DNA of 63,716 nucleotides, the filler included, from Octopus bimaculoides (lineage: Eukaryota): the NCBI RefSeq assembly GCF_001194135.2. It is 5 parts of 4 records of this genome, joined end to end, with 100 filler letters (N's around TTAATTAATTAA, not from the genome) between each part and the next. Parts side by side here need not be neighbours in the genome. Positions count along the whole stretch, not along the records: positions 10,322 to 40,718 come from NC_068991.1; positions 40,819 to 47,799 come from NC_068987.1; positions 47,900 to 61,996 come from NC_068985.1; 2 more parts are not named here. One strand, written 5' to 3'. Shown one piece after another: positions 39,299 through 50,299 of this stretch. The position numbers and the translations under genes were made by a program. The notes beneath the pieces are model-generated. The model had not been told where the DNA came from, did not search any database, and saw only the letters and a list, made by a program, of their open reading frames with translations. Every line of letters starts with the position of its first letter. The stretch's first letter is position 1.

Positions 39299-39367
39299 AA
39301 ACACTCTCTTCCATTCCGTTGATATTAATTCTGTAATTTGATGATAAATGTTTTTCTGTTTGGAATT

Positions 39368-39575
39368 ATTACTATTAAGACAGCGAGCTTGCAAAACCAT
39401 TGACACACTGGGCAAAATGCTTTCTGAGTTTGAATTCTGCTGAGGCCAACTTTGCCTTTCAACATTTCAGGGTTGATAAAATAAGTACCAGTCATGTACT
39501 GGGTCAATGTAATTGACTGGCCCCTTCCCTCAAATTTCAGGCCTTGTGCCTATAGTAGAAAGGATTATTATTAAG
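39368..39575 (+). mobile_element. Family-A SINE
   Basis: gagcttgcaaaaccattgacacactgggcaaaatgc...ttctgagtttgaattctgctgaggccaactttgcctttc...gataaaataagtaccag. Confidence 0.8.
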
Positions 39576-39887
39576 GCAATCATTAGTAGTGTGGTGAACA
39601 ACAATTGGCAGCATTTAGTCCCATCACTTTAACATCAATTGTTCAAATACCAGTGACATCTACTTTACTTTTGAAAATTCAGGGATCAAAATTAGTACCT
39701 GTCTAGTACTAATGTTGCTATAACTGACTTATATGTATATCTATTTATATATATATAGTGTGTGTGTGTGTGTGTGTGTGTGTAATCGTTAACGTCCATT
39801 TCCCATGCTGACAGGAGTTGGATAATTTGACAGGAGCTGGCAAGCCAGAGGACTGTGCCAAGCTATACTGTCTGCTTAGGCATAATA

Positions 39888-39934
<47 letters not shown>

Positions 39935-40835
39935 CCATTATATAAAAATCAATAAGTTTAAAATCCTCTTAGTCTTTTTAAATGTATTAATTAAAAGTGC
40001 CAAGTTTGTCTACTTATCAGAAAGAAATAATCAGTTTTTGTCATTTATTTACGCTTCTCTCTCTCTCATTTCATTGTAACCGTCCCTCATTTTTACTTCT
40101 TGGCTATCATTGCTTTATAATGAATACCATTTCTTACCATCATCATCATCTGTTGCTGGTTTTATTCAATTAACTTTTCTCACTTTAAGTTACTTTTGCT
40201 TATCATAAATGGAAAGTAAGTTTTCCTTATTAAATATTATTTCCCAAAGATATGATTGAAACCCCCCACCATGTTTAATGTGACTGCATCAACTATAAAC
40301 ATCAGAATATTGGTAGCATTTCAATCCATGCCATGGTGCCTGTCTGCTAATGCTCTCCTCTGCTGAAGTTTCTTAATCTACAGCTAACATTGGCTGGGTT
40401 TGAACACAGTAACTATATTTAATTACGTCTTCATGGCACTCTATTTATGAACCAGTGGCACCCATGCATGCCTTACTATAATCTCGATGTGATTAATGTT
40501 AATATTTACCAACTGCCTATATCTCACATCATTAATTTAGAAAGATTTTTCTGGCTTATGTGGGAGGTTGGCTTAGAGCAGAGGTTGACACAGAGGCTAA
40601 ACTATTTCTTTTACCTTGTAAGTTTTCTGATATAAAATTTAATAATGTTCTTCTCCATTTTATATTGTAAAATTTATTGCAAGAATTTATTCTAAGTTCT
40701 TTATTATAGAACTAATTTNNNNNNNNNNNNNNNNNNNNNNNNNNNNNNNNNNNNNNNNNNNNTTAATTAATTAANNNNNNNNNNNNNNNNNNNNNNNNNN
40801 NNNNNNNNNNNNNNNNNNTATATATATATATATAT

Positions 40836-41075
40836 GGCCTAGTGGTTAGGGAGTTGCATTCCTGATTCCTAGACTGGTTGGTGCGTTGTGTTCTTGAGCA
40901 AGATACTTTATATCACGTTGTTCTGTGATCACTTCGACACCTGACGCGTGGCAGACCGTGTACCTGTTCAAACAACGTCGATTTGATGGAGGGAGTAAGC
41001 TAATGTATGGCACATACATTTGATCACTATAAACGATCATTCGTGCAGATCGTTCGGCAAAATGCTGAACACTCA
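40836..41075 (+). mobile_element. Family-B-related tRNA SINE
   Basis: ggcctagtggttagggagttgcattcc...gttcttgagcaagatactttat; a related copy lies at about 59494-59760. Confidence 0.7.
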
Positions 41076-41179
41076 TACGATGGGAGAGTCTACCATATAT
41101 ACGCTATACACATGCGCATATACACAAATGTATTATACATATAAATGTAACAGTTAAATATTGCTTATATGTATGTATA

Positions 41180-41220
<41 letters not shown>

Positions 41221-41364
41221 TGTGTGTGTGTGTGTGTCTGTGTGCGTGTGTGCGTGCGTGCGTGCATGTGTGTGTGTCTGTATATATATGTTTATTCACA
41301 TATGTATATGTATGTATGCTTTTTAGATGTGTGCACGTGCGTATATATACATCTACATACATAC

Positions 41365-41401
<37 letters not shown>

Positions 41402-42515
41402 TGAATTAGTGAACGATCATGTTTATCAAAGAAGAAAAATAAGAAAAATACCCAATATATACAATATACTTTCAAATTTTACTAGAAACTGAAGTTTCTT
41501 GCATCGTTTCTCTGATTCTCCTGTTGCCGATAATTCAAACGATTGAAGAAGCGAAGTAGCATGACAATATACAGGCGAATTATGATTAGTCATTGAGTTT
41601 TGACTAGTTACCAAAATAATCTTTATGTCAAAGTATTCTCCACTCGGTATTTAAATGTAGAACACGTGATATACTTACCATTCACATTTTAAAATATTTG
41701 ATAGTTTCATGTCTTTTGTATCTCATATGTAAAACATAAAATCAATACAAGTGACTGGTGTTAGTGCAGTTTTAGTGTTGATGAACTACTGAAGGATTTG
41801 TTGTTGTTGTTGTTGTTGTTGTTTTAATGTGCCACCATTTTCAGAGAATTACACTCTTTGTGGTAGGAAATATACTATTTTAGCCAGTTAGCATTTGCAA
41901 ATTCTCCAATAAATATCAATCGATATGTCTGCAGGAATTTACTAATTCTGATCTTTTGTTTAAAATTGCAAAAGACCCTAATACGATGTTACACTTCTTT
42001 GAGAAACAAAAACCACTCCTGGGTTTTCTCTAATGTAAAGAGATACATGTTCTATAATGGACTGATCAGTTTTGTAGCTATTAATATTATCATCTCTGGA
42101 AATTTCAGATGTATATGGACAGTGAGTTGGTGACTTCTTTCTGAGTGTTAGGATAATATGCCTATATGCGAGTATGTAAAGCTGGCATTCTGTTACTCTT
42201 TCTTCGCTTTCAAAGATGTCTAACACTTCACCTCTTTCACACTGCAGCAACGGAGAATGAAGTACAGGCGGCCAATGATTCCTGACTACTCTTGCCTCTG
42301 CTACACCTTTTGTGTGATGAGCTCCACTGAAGTGGGGCTACTTTTTTGTTACAGACGTGCGTAAAACGCCGTTCGCCGCCACGAAACGCCCACCATCTGT
42401 TTGTGGATAGAAAGAACTCGAGTACTGACTTATTCTGAATTTGGTATATGGTGAGGGAGGACCAACCTCAAGGATGCGCTGGGGTGATTGCGTGCGCGAG
42501 TATGAGTTTATGTGT

Positions 42516-42747
42516 GAGTGAGCGCATGCTTGTGTTGTAAGAGTGTGAGCGCATGCTTGTGTTGTAAGAGTGTGAGCGCATGCTTGTGTTGTAAGAGTGT
42601 GAGCGCATGCTTGTGTTGTAAGTNNNNNNNNNNTGTAAGAGTGTGAGCGCATGCTTGTGTTGTAAGAGTGTGAGCGCATGCTTGTGTTGTAAGAGTGTGA
42701 GCGCATGCTTGTGTTGTAAGAGTGTGAGCGCATGCTTGTGTTGTAAG
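42516..42747. repeat. 27-bp minisatellite (gagtgtgagcgcatgcttgtgttgtaa), about 8 copies
   Basis: Identical units with no spacers; one 10-N gap inside. Confidence 0.95.
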
Positions 42748-42863
42748 TTTGTGTGAAGAATTAGTTATGTATTTCTTTTCACAAATAATAAAACCAATCT
42801 TTATGTTCGATTATTTCTAACAAACTTGAAGACTTTTTATTTTTGCTTTTGTTCTCTCCGAAG

Positions 42864-43074
42864 GTTGGTCAACGCAATTACATTTAACAGCAGTAAACTT
42901 AGCTCAGTCGAATCAGATCAAAATGATATATGGAATACCTTTGAACAATATTTTATGCTTACGCGTAATCTGATTCGTTATAAACCTGTATTCTCAAAGT
43001 ACATTCATCAGGGTTTAATTGAACTATTTAAAGACAATATCCAACACTTTGAAATACGCATGTCTTTGTCATCG
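42864..43074 (+). CDS. ADA2: Single internal exon of an ADA2/ADGF (CECR1-like) adenosine deaminase
   Basis: ccgaag|G TTG...TCG|gtaagt; 211 nt, phase 2-0; DQNDIWNTFEQYF..TRNLIRYKPVFSKYIHQGLIELFKDNIQHFEIR aligns to ADA2 [46 protein letters not shown]. Confidence 0.88.
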
Positions 43075-43844
43075 GTAAGTACATGATTCTATTTCCTTTT
43101 GTTTTCTATAAACCAGTGAATTTTATATTTCTTTTCTTCGGCTGTCTGAACAGAAGTGATGAGTTTTAGCCCTTATTTAACCCCCCCCCNNNNNNNNNNN
43201 NNNNNNNNNNNNNNNNNNNNNNNNNNNNNNNNNNNNNNNNNNNNNNNNNNNNNNNNNNNNNNNNNNNNNNNNNNNNNNNNNNNNNNNNNNNNNNNNNNNN
43301 NNNNNNACACACACACACACAAAGGTACACTCAGAGGATTCAGTATTACATCGCAGCGACTCAGTCATGAACGGAGATGTGCAAAATTAAGTATATTACT
43401 CATGCACACAACTGAACAAATGTTGATTTGATCAAAAATCCATAGGCTTATTGTCTTACACTTTATTCACCGACTCATTTAATTCTCACCGTTGAACGAA
43501 CGGGAAACAAATAGGTGGATGAAGTTTGTGTGATGCTTGTGTGATTCTAATTCAATGAAAACTACTGAAGGTTTGTGATTTATGCGAAAACACAGGCAGG
43601 AAAGAATTTTTAAAGAAAGCTTAGTATTTCGCTTAGTCATGTGAAAAACGGTGGACTTAAAGTAAAGGTAGCAAAGGCTTCTAAAACACTCTAACTATCT
43701 GATTGCTTATGAGCCATCCCCTGAACTTCTAATAGTAAGATCATGAAGAAATGGCTTTAATAGTTTACAGAAAACATTAAAGAAATGCCATTTTAGATGA
43801 TTCTCCACTGTAACTTCATACACCTATACTCTTACTTTTATCTG

Positions 43845-44040
43845 TAACTTGTTTCAGACATGAGACTGCATCCATACTGGGGCACCGCCTTGAAGGGTTT
43901 AGTCGAACAAATTAATCTCTGTGCTTAATTTTTAAGCCTGATACTTATTCCATCGGCCCCTTTTGCCGAACTACTAAATTGCGTGAATAAACTAACACCA
44001 GCCGTGAAGCGGTGGTGGGGTACAAGCACAAACACATACA
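43845..44040 (-). mobile_element. Family-A SINE (3' part)
   Basis: cttgtttcagacatgagactgcatccatactggggcaccgccttgaagggtttagtcgaac; the same tail occurs on + at about 49555-49655. Confidence 0.7.
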
Positions 44041-44229
44041 CATTTATGATGATGCCTATCCACTCGTGGCCGAGAAAAACCACCACTGACCATTACCCAA
44101 GCAAAATGTCAGCAATGCCAGTGCATAAACGTATTGCACCCGTGGTCAAATTCACCCGGGCTCGCGCCCGCGACTTATGTGCTCCCTGTAGCGCCCTCCT
44201 ACTCGACCTCGCTGGCGATTGTGCAACCT

Positions 44230-44410
44230 AAAATTTTAGGTTAAATAAGGCTTTCACAACATCTCACAGCCCTTTCTACCCTACTGACATGATCCAGAGA
44301 CAAGTTAGGACAAGATATCTAGTGCCAACTTGAGTCAGGCTCAGGAATTTTGAAGCGTCATGATCCCAGAAATATCAAATACCATTCATATACATTCCCG
44401 GTTTTATATC
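44230..44410 (-). mobile_element. Possible hAT transposase C-terminal dimerisation-domain remnant
   Basis: Frameshifted FWDHDASKFLSLTQVGTRYL...SRVERAV resembles FW....KFP.L..LA.RYL...SS..VER.FS. Confidence 0.4.
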
Positions 44411-44589
44411 AGAGTGACCTTCTCCAAGAGACATGCTTTAACAAAAGCTCATGAGTGCCTCACTCCCAGTGGTCTTCCAGCACGCCGAACACCAACCCGA
44501 AATTTCTGAGGACTCGTGTTATTACTAGATAGTCATTGAACCTACATTAGGTTCAACCGTTCTTTTGACTAGTCTTATTTTTAGTCCTT

Positions 44590-44760
44590 ATATATATATA
44601 TGCAACAGGCTTCTTTCAGTTTCAGTCTCCTATATCCGCTCACAAGGACTTAATCGACTTGCGGCTATAGTGGAAGACAGTTACTTACCTAAGGTACTAC
44701 GCAGTATCACTGAATCTAAGACATCATGGTTGGAAAGCAAGCTCCTTAACCACATACCTA
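44590..44760 (-). mobile_element. Family-C SINE fragment
   Basis: aggcttctttcagtttcagtctcc...ctcacaaggact...tatagtggaagacagttac; other fragments at about 50040-50170 (-), 56095-56186 (+) and 56510-56705 (+). Confidence 0.7.
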
Positions 44761-45003
44761 TACATGCGCTTATAAAGCCACCTATGCACTTTTAAAGCCA
44801 TGAATGCGCCTATAATATCACACATGCGTCTATAAAGCTACGCCTGTGCTTATAAAGCCACCCNNNNNNNNNNNNNNNNNCGCTTATAAAGCCACCTATG
44901 CACTTTTAAAGCCATGAATGCGCCTATAATATCACACATGCGTCTATAAAGCTACGCCTGTGCTTATAAAGCCACCCCTGCACCAATAAAGCCACGCCTG
45001 CGC
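44761..45003. repeat. 20-bp minisatellite (gcttataaagccacctatgc variants) with apparent 80-bp higher-order unit
   Basis: Four diverged 20-mers recur in the same order on both sides of a short N gap. Confidence 0.8.
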
Positions 45004-45195
45004 CAATGTTTTTTTAAATAATGTTTTTTTTCTCTCTTTTACATTACAACTGATACTGCAATTGAAAACTTTCATAGACCCATATACAACATGTCGACCA
45101 CTTTTCAGTCTGTCTATGATTCTGTGTGACGTAAGACCGGAGTTGAGAAAAAAAATTACCTATCCATTTAACATATATAAGCACGTATGATAATA

Positions 45196-45493
45196 GAGTA
45201 TTGTAGTTCGCTTGAAGCATTGTGTATTGTTTGTAAAGAATAAAAGGTTTAGAATGGTACAACAATGCACTATAGAACAAAAAATGGATTATATACCTGT
45301 TGTAATTTGGTTATCTATAGTCCGATGATATTTCGGAATTGCAATTCCTTCTTCAGATCTTCTTAGCTGGAGTCTCTTATAGCAGAGACTCCAGCTAAGA
45401 AGATTTGAAGAAGGAATTGTAATTACAACAGGTATATAGTCCATTTTTTGTTCTATAGTGCATTATTGTACCATTCTAAACCTTTTATTCTTT
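45196..45493. mobile_element. TSD-flanked foldback insertion containing a minimal hammerhead motif
   Basis: 13-bp direct repeat acgtatgataata at 45183-45195 and 45494-45506; arms pair around a 6-nt loop near 45380; rc of 45324-45359 = gat-CTGAAGA-a-ggaatt-gc-aattcc-GAA-ATAT-C-atc. Confidence 0.8.
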
Positions 45494-45755
45494 ACGTATG
45501 ATAATATTTTACGTTCTATAAATTTAACAATTACTCATGGTTTGTATTTAATATCAATATGGACAGTTTATAGCGTTTGAAACTTTGGAAGTTATCATAT
45601 AAACCTGAATATTCTGCGGGTAACAATTTGGACGAGAGCGTTTTACTTCGTTTAACACAAATTATCTCTCTTACACACTCATACACACGTGCGCGCGCAC
45701 GCATTCACGCACACATACAAATGCTCCAGCTATATAGATATATACATATGTATAC

Positions 45756-45817
<62 letters not shown>

Positions 45818-46616
45818 AATGGCTATTCGGGAGGTAATTATGTATTTCACTGCAATAAATTTGTCAGCTAACTAAGGGATGACGACGCTTAAATGATAGA
45901 AAACGACAACTAGGCATCTAGTTCCAGTTTATCAACTTTTCTATCCAGTAATGTTTATTATAAAGTATAGTAATGCTTAATCCCTTGAAAGATAAAGATG
46001 ATATTAAAGAGCAACATATTCGCCTTTGTTTACCATATGAATTTCGAACGATTAGAATTGTTACACTGGCAATGAAAAACATTTACGGCGTAATATATTG
46101 AAGCAGAGAAGGCTTGTTAGTATTGTTTATGAGTTCAAAAAGTTCAAAATGACAGCTATGATTTTTCTGATCAACAACGGAAATTACGCTTTGAGAGAAA
46201 CAGTTGAATCAGATCTTTGTCAAAGCATGAGAGATTTGGTGCATAAACTGAATGCATTAAGTTCAACTGTCCACGAACGTCTCACAAGAATTGGAAAGTG
46301 TACAAAGAGAGGATTTGGCTTTCTCGTATACTCAACGTTCTACCATCTGCATCGTTTCTTGAACAGGAAATAATATTTTCTGTATTATTTGTAACCGGCG
46401 ATGAAAAATAGATATAGCATGTCAACAGAACAAGACAAAAGAATCAACGATTATCAGTAAATGAGAAACCAGTGCAAACACCAAAACTAAGACTTCATCT
46501 GCAAAACACGATGCTATGCATCAAATAGTACATGAAATGTTGTTCATTTTGTGTTACTGAAATTAAGAAAGATCATTACTATGAGAGCTTATTGCCTGTA
46601 AATTGATAGTCTAAAT

Positions 46617-47359
46617 CAGTGGTTTCCAAGCATTTTTTTATCTATAAACCCCACTGATTACTATTTTGTTCTGGTGGACAACCATAGCTATTCGATGTTT
46701 AACTAGTTTTATTGAGACTTCTTTCAGAATCCCCATTTTGTTATTCACGCATTAGCTTGCATAGGTAAAACGTTAGAGAAATAAACCTAGCTGTTTCTTA
46801 CAATAGATACATTTAAATCAAAACTTTGCATGGACACTTAAAATATTACTGTGGATCACCAACCTATTTTTTTACTAGTGTGGCCCCACCAAAAAATCTT
46901 ATATGGACTCCCAAGGGTCATAAGCACCCTGGTCGAGAATGTTTGTTGGCACTCGGTCGCTTACGACGTCGAGGGTTCCAGTTGATCCGATCAACGGAAC
47001 AGCCTGCTCGTGAAATTAACGTGCAAGTGGCTGAGCACTCCACAGACACGTGTACCCTTAACGTAGTTCTCGGGGATATTCAGCGTGACACAGTGTGACA
47101 AGGCTGACCCTTTGAATTACAGGCACAACAGAAACAGGAAGTAAGAGTGAGAGAAAGCTGTGGTGAAAGAGTACAGCAGGGTTCGCCACCATCCCCTGCC
47201 GGAGCCTCGTGGAGCTTTAGGTGTTTTCACTCAATAAACACTCACAACGCCCGGTCTGGGAATCGAAACCGCGATCCTATGACCGCGATCCTATGACCGC
47301 GAGTCCGCTGCCCTATCCACTGGGCCATTGTGCCTCCACACCCTGGTCGAGAAACACTA
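46617..47359. mobile_element. hAT-type MITE with 8-bp TSD
   Basis: Termini cagtggtttccaa / gtcgagaaacacta; TSD gtctaaat at 46609-46616 and 47360-47367. Confidence 0.85.
46940..47338 (-). mobile_element. Full-length family-B SINE nested in the MITE
   Basis: 15-bp TSD caccctggtcgagaa at 46925-46939 and 47339-47353; internal 14-bp duplication gatcctatgaccgc in the tRNA-like head. Confidence 0.93.
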
Positions 47360-48339
47360 GTCTAAATGAAGCATTACATCGAAAATGTCCATGTTTGGTA
47401 AACAGAAGTTGTTCTCCAGCAAGACAGCGCAAGGCCTCATCGTACAAAACGAACCCAAGAAAGATGAGACCGTTAAGATGTGTAAGATCTTCCGCATTTC
47501 CCATAGTCACTGACTTTAGCACTTTCGAACTATAATTTGTTTCGATCACTATGGTATCTTATGCGTAGCAGAAGCTTCAGAAACAAAGATGTTGAAAACT
47601 GTGTCAAACCTTATTTTTCGGGAAAGATGCAAAATATGCACTGACTTTCCGGACACCCTAACACACACACATACACACACGCACACACACACACACACAC
47701 GCAGACACACACACACGCACACACAGATGCACACATACACACACACACACACAAATACATGCATGCGTGCATGCATACATACATACATACATACATACAN
47801 NNNNNNNNNNNNNNNNNNNNNNNNNNNNNNNNNNNNNNNNNNNTTAATTAATTAANNNNNNNNNNNNNNNNNNNNNNNNNNNNNNNNNNNNNNNNNNNNA
47901 CCGGAAGGGGAAAAAGGGCAGAGGGAGCCTCGATCGGCATTCGTGCCTTCTTCGAATGGGGCTGCGGTCAGGACAAGACGTGTTAAGCGACGGTCTAGGT
48001 TTGGGAAGGTTTGGGAGAAGCAGCTGCTATTCCCGGCGTACTTTGGGTCGGGGCAAGCTTCGAGGATCGGATACCGCAAGACGGACTCGCAGTCGAGGAA
48101 AGGAAAACCGAGGTAAGGCGATTACATCTACTCGTACGCACACACCACAGTATATATATATTAAAGTAATAAAATTAATGTCTGGTCATAGAGTGACCAA
48201 TGATTTCACATCCACGAAGGATTTAGCTGAAGACAATTGTAACTTTTCACCTCTGGGAGGCAAAATCTGTTACAGTCATTTGGTCAATCGATCATCAAAG
48301 AATAGTCTGGTGTCAATGAGGATGGGTTATCTCACTTAG

Positions 48340-49540
48340 ACAAGTTATTTGTGGGCTGGGAGATGGGGAAACAAGAGATTTATCCCTTGGGCTGCTTCTG
48401 GATCACAAGGACCCTTCCAGGCTTAGCCAGACAATAGGGAATTCTATGCTTGCAGCTGATAATGCTTGGAATGGGTGCAGGGGCTGAAAATTTCTTGATG
48501 AGTATTCAGTGATCCAGCTTTCAGGGTGTCTTTGAGTATCTTTGCTTGCTCAGCTATGCAAAGCTTGCAGTGTACACTCCTGTTGATGTAGGGTCCCAGC
48601 TGCTCTAAGATCTTCCACTTGATATCATATGGGGTCCCTTTATCTTTGAGGTACCACACATGGCTAGCCAGGAATGTGATGAATTGTCTTCCTGAAATCC
48701 TGAAGGAGGACCTGTGGTTGAACAGACATTTCTTGAAGCTGTCCTGGCTGACACAATATATTTCCAACCTTGGGTGTTGGCTGTACTCACATTACTGGTG
48801 CATCTTTGGTTGGCTCCAGACCTGGAGATGTTGTTGTTGCCACTAGTGTTGTTGGGACTGCTGTTATCATCACAATATGTGGGTCCAGTGATATCACTGT
48901 GGCTGCTGTCAACACAGCTTCCTGTGACCCAGCTATCATGTTCAAGAACCTAGTGAAGGGTGTCAGCAAGAGGATCTTGAATCTATCCTCAAAGTTAAGA
49001 TATCTTCAATGGCTAGCCTACTATGAGGCACTGGCATCCAGTGGGTTTAAGGACATCTACATGCCAGGCCCTAACACCTACAAAAGGAAGTGCCACCAAA
49101 ACATCATTTAGTTTGCCCTACCCTTCTCACTCAACGTGTGTGGGAAGAATATTCCTCAGGTTAGTAGACAAACACTTTACACAGACACACAAATATGGAC
49201 ATTTATTCAATAGGCACAATCTAAGGGTCTCCTTTAGTTGTGCACCCAACATGAAAAATATATTAACTAACACTCATAAAACACAGGAGGAGGCAGATTG
49301 TTCTTGCAGGATGTACAATGACTCAGTGGGAGGCCAATGTGAGGCTGAGGGAGTTATCTATGAGGCTGTGGTGATACCCAGGCCTAGAGATCACAGTAAT
49401 GGCAGCAACAGATTGAATCATCCAACAACATCGATGGTATCAGAAGCAGTGACAGCAGTAGAAACACCAGCACTGAAGCCAACAACCCCAGCACCAGCAC
49501 TATGGCCAGAGAAGATGACCAGCAAAAGAGACCAATAGAA
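48340..49540. mobile_element. Penelope-like element (Neptune-type) 3' fragment with internal inversion
   Basis: + 48925-49535: KNLVKGVSKRILNLSS...QNII*F...VGRIFLRLVDKHF...NRHNLRVSFSCAPNMKNI...CSCR...QC...VIYEAVV. - 48925-48440: KYIVS / SFKKCLFNHRSSFR...WYLKDKG..YDIKWKIL...CKLCIAE...LNTHQEIFSPCTH. Confidence 0.88.
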
Positions 49541-50299
49541 TAAATACTAGGCTTAAAAAGAATAAGTTCTGGGGTCAATTTCTTCGACTAAAACCCTTCA
49601 AAGTGGTGCCCCAGCATGGCAACAGTCAAATGACTGAAACAAGTAAAAGAATAAATATGTTATCTCTAATTCCACTAATTATCTAGTCATTCCTTCCTTA
49701 AGGAGAGCTGACTGGATGTTTGTCTGTTCATTCATTTGGTTGTACACCTATATTTCTGTACTGGTATGGGATAGATGACATTAGCAGAGAGAAGTAGATA
49801 TGGTATGGCTATATGCTGTTCCCATTGCCAGTCCTTATCTGCTTGGCCAAGTAAGATATTTTTCATTTCACTGGTCCTTACACTTTGACAGCTGAAACTA
49901 GAACATTTTTTTACTTTCCAGATACTGTAAAGGTAAACACCTTTTTTGTTAAGATGATTTTGAGGACACGTGGAATATCATTCACATACATATGTGTGCA
50001 CATACAAGCAAATACATCCACATGCACACAAATATACACAATAGGTTGCCTCTCAGTTTCCACCAACTGCTTCCAGTCACAAGTAAAAAACATTAGTCCC
50101 CAAGGTACTATACAGTAATTGAACTCACAATCATGTCTGTGAACTGAGCTTTGTAACCACACACTCATGCCTAAGACTATTCTTGGGATTTAGTAAGGAA
50201 AAACCTGGGAGCTTTCCTGCTGTTTTCTCTTGGTGGGGATAAAATTTAATATTTTTAAAGAAAAATTAAAATGATGAAGCTAGTCAAGGACACTCATCA

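Larger units (their letters stand above)
46090..47661 (+). mobile_element. Decayed mariner element split by nested insertions
   Basis: HTH ESDLCQSMRDLVHKLNALSSTVHERLTRIGK (46200-46300); VTGDEK (about 46390); after the insertion LNEALHRKCPCLVNR...LQQDSARPH...NYNLFRSL; TIR-like end gactttccggacaccctaa. Confidence 0.85.

Noticed and set aside
42516-42747. Regularly spaced repeats resembling a CRISPR array
   Set aside because: Units are contiguous with no unique spacers, there are no cas genes, and the context is eukaryotic.
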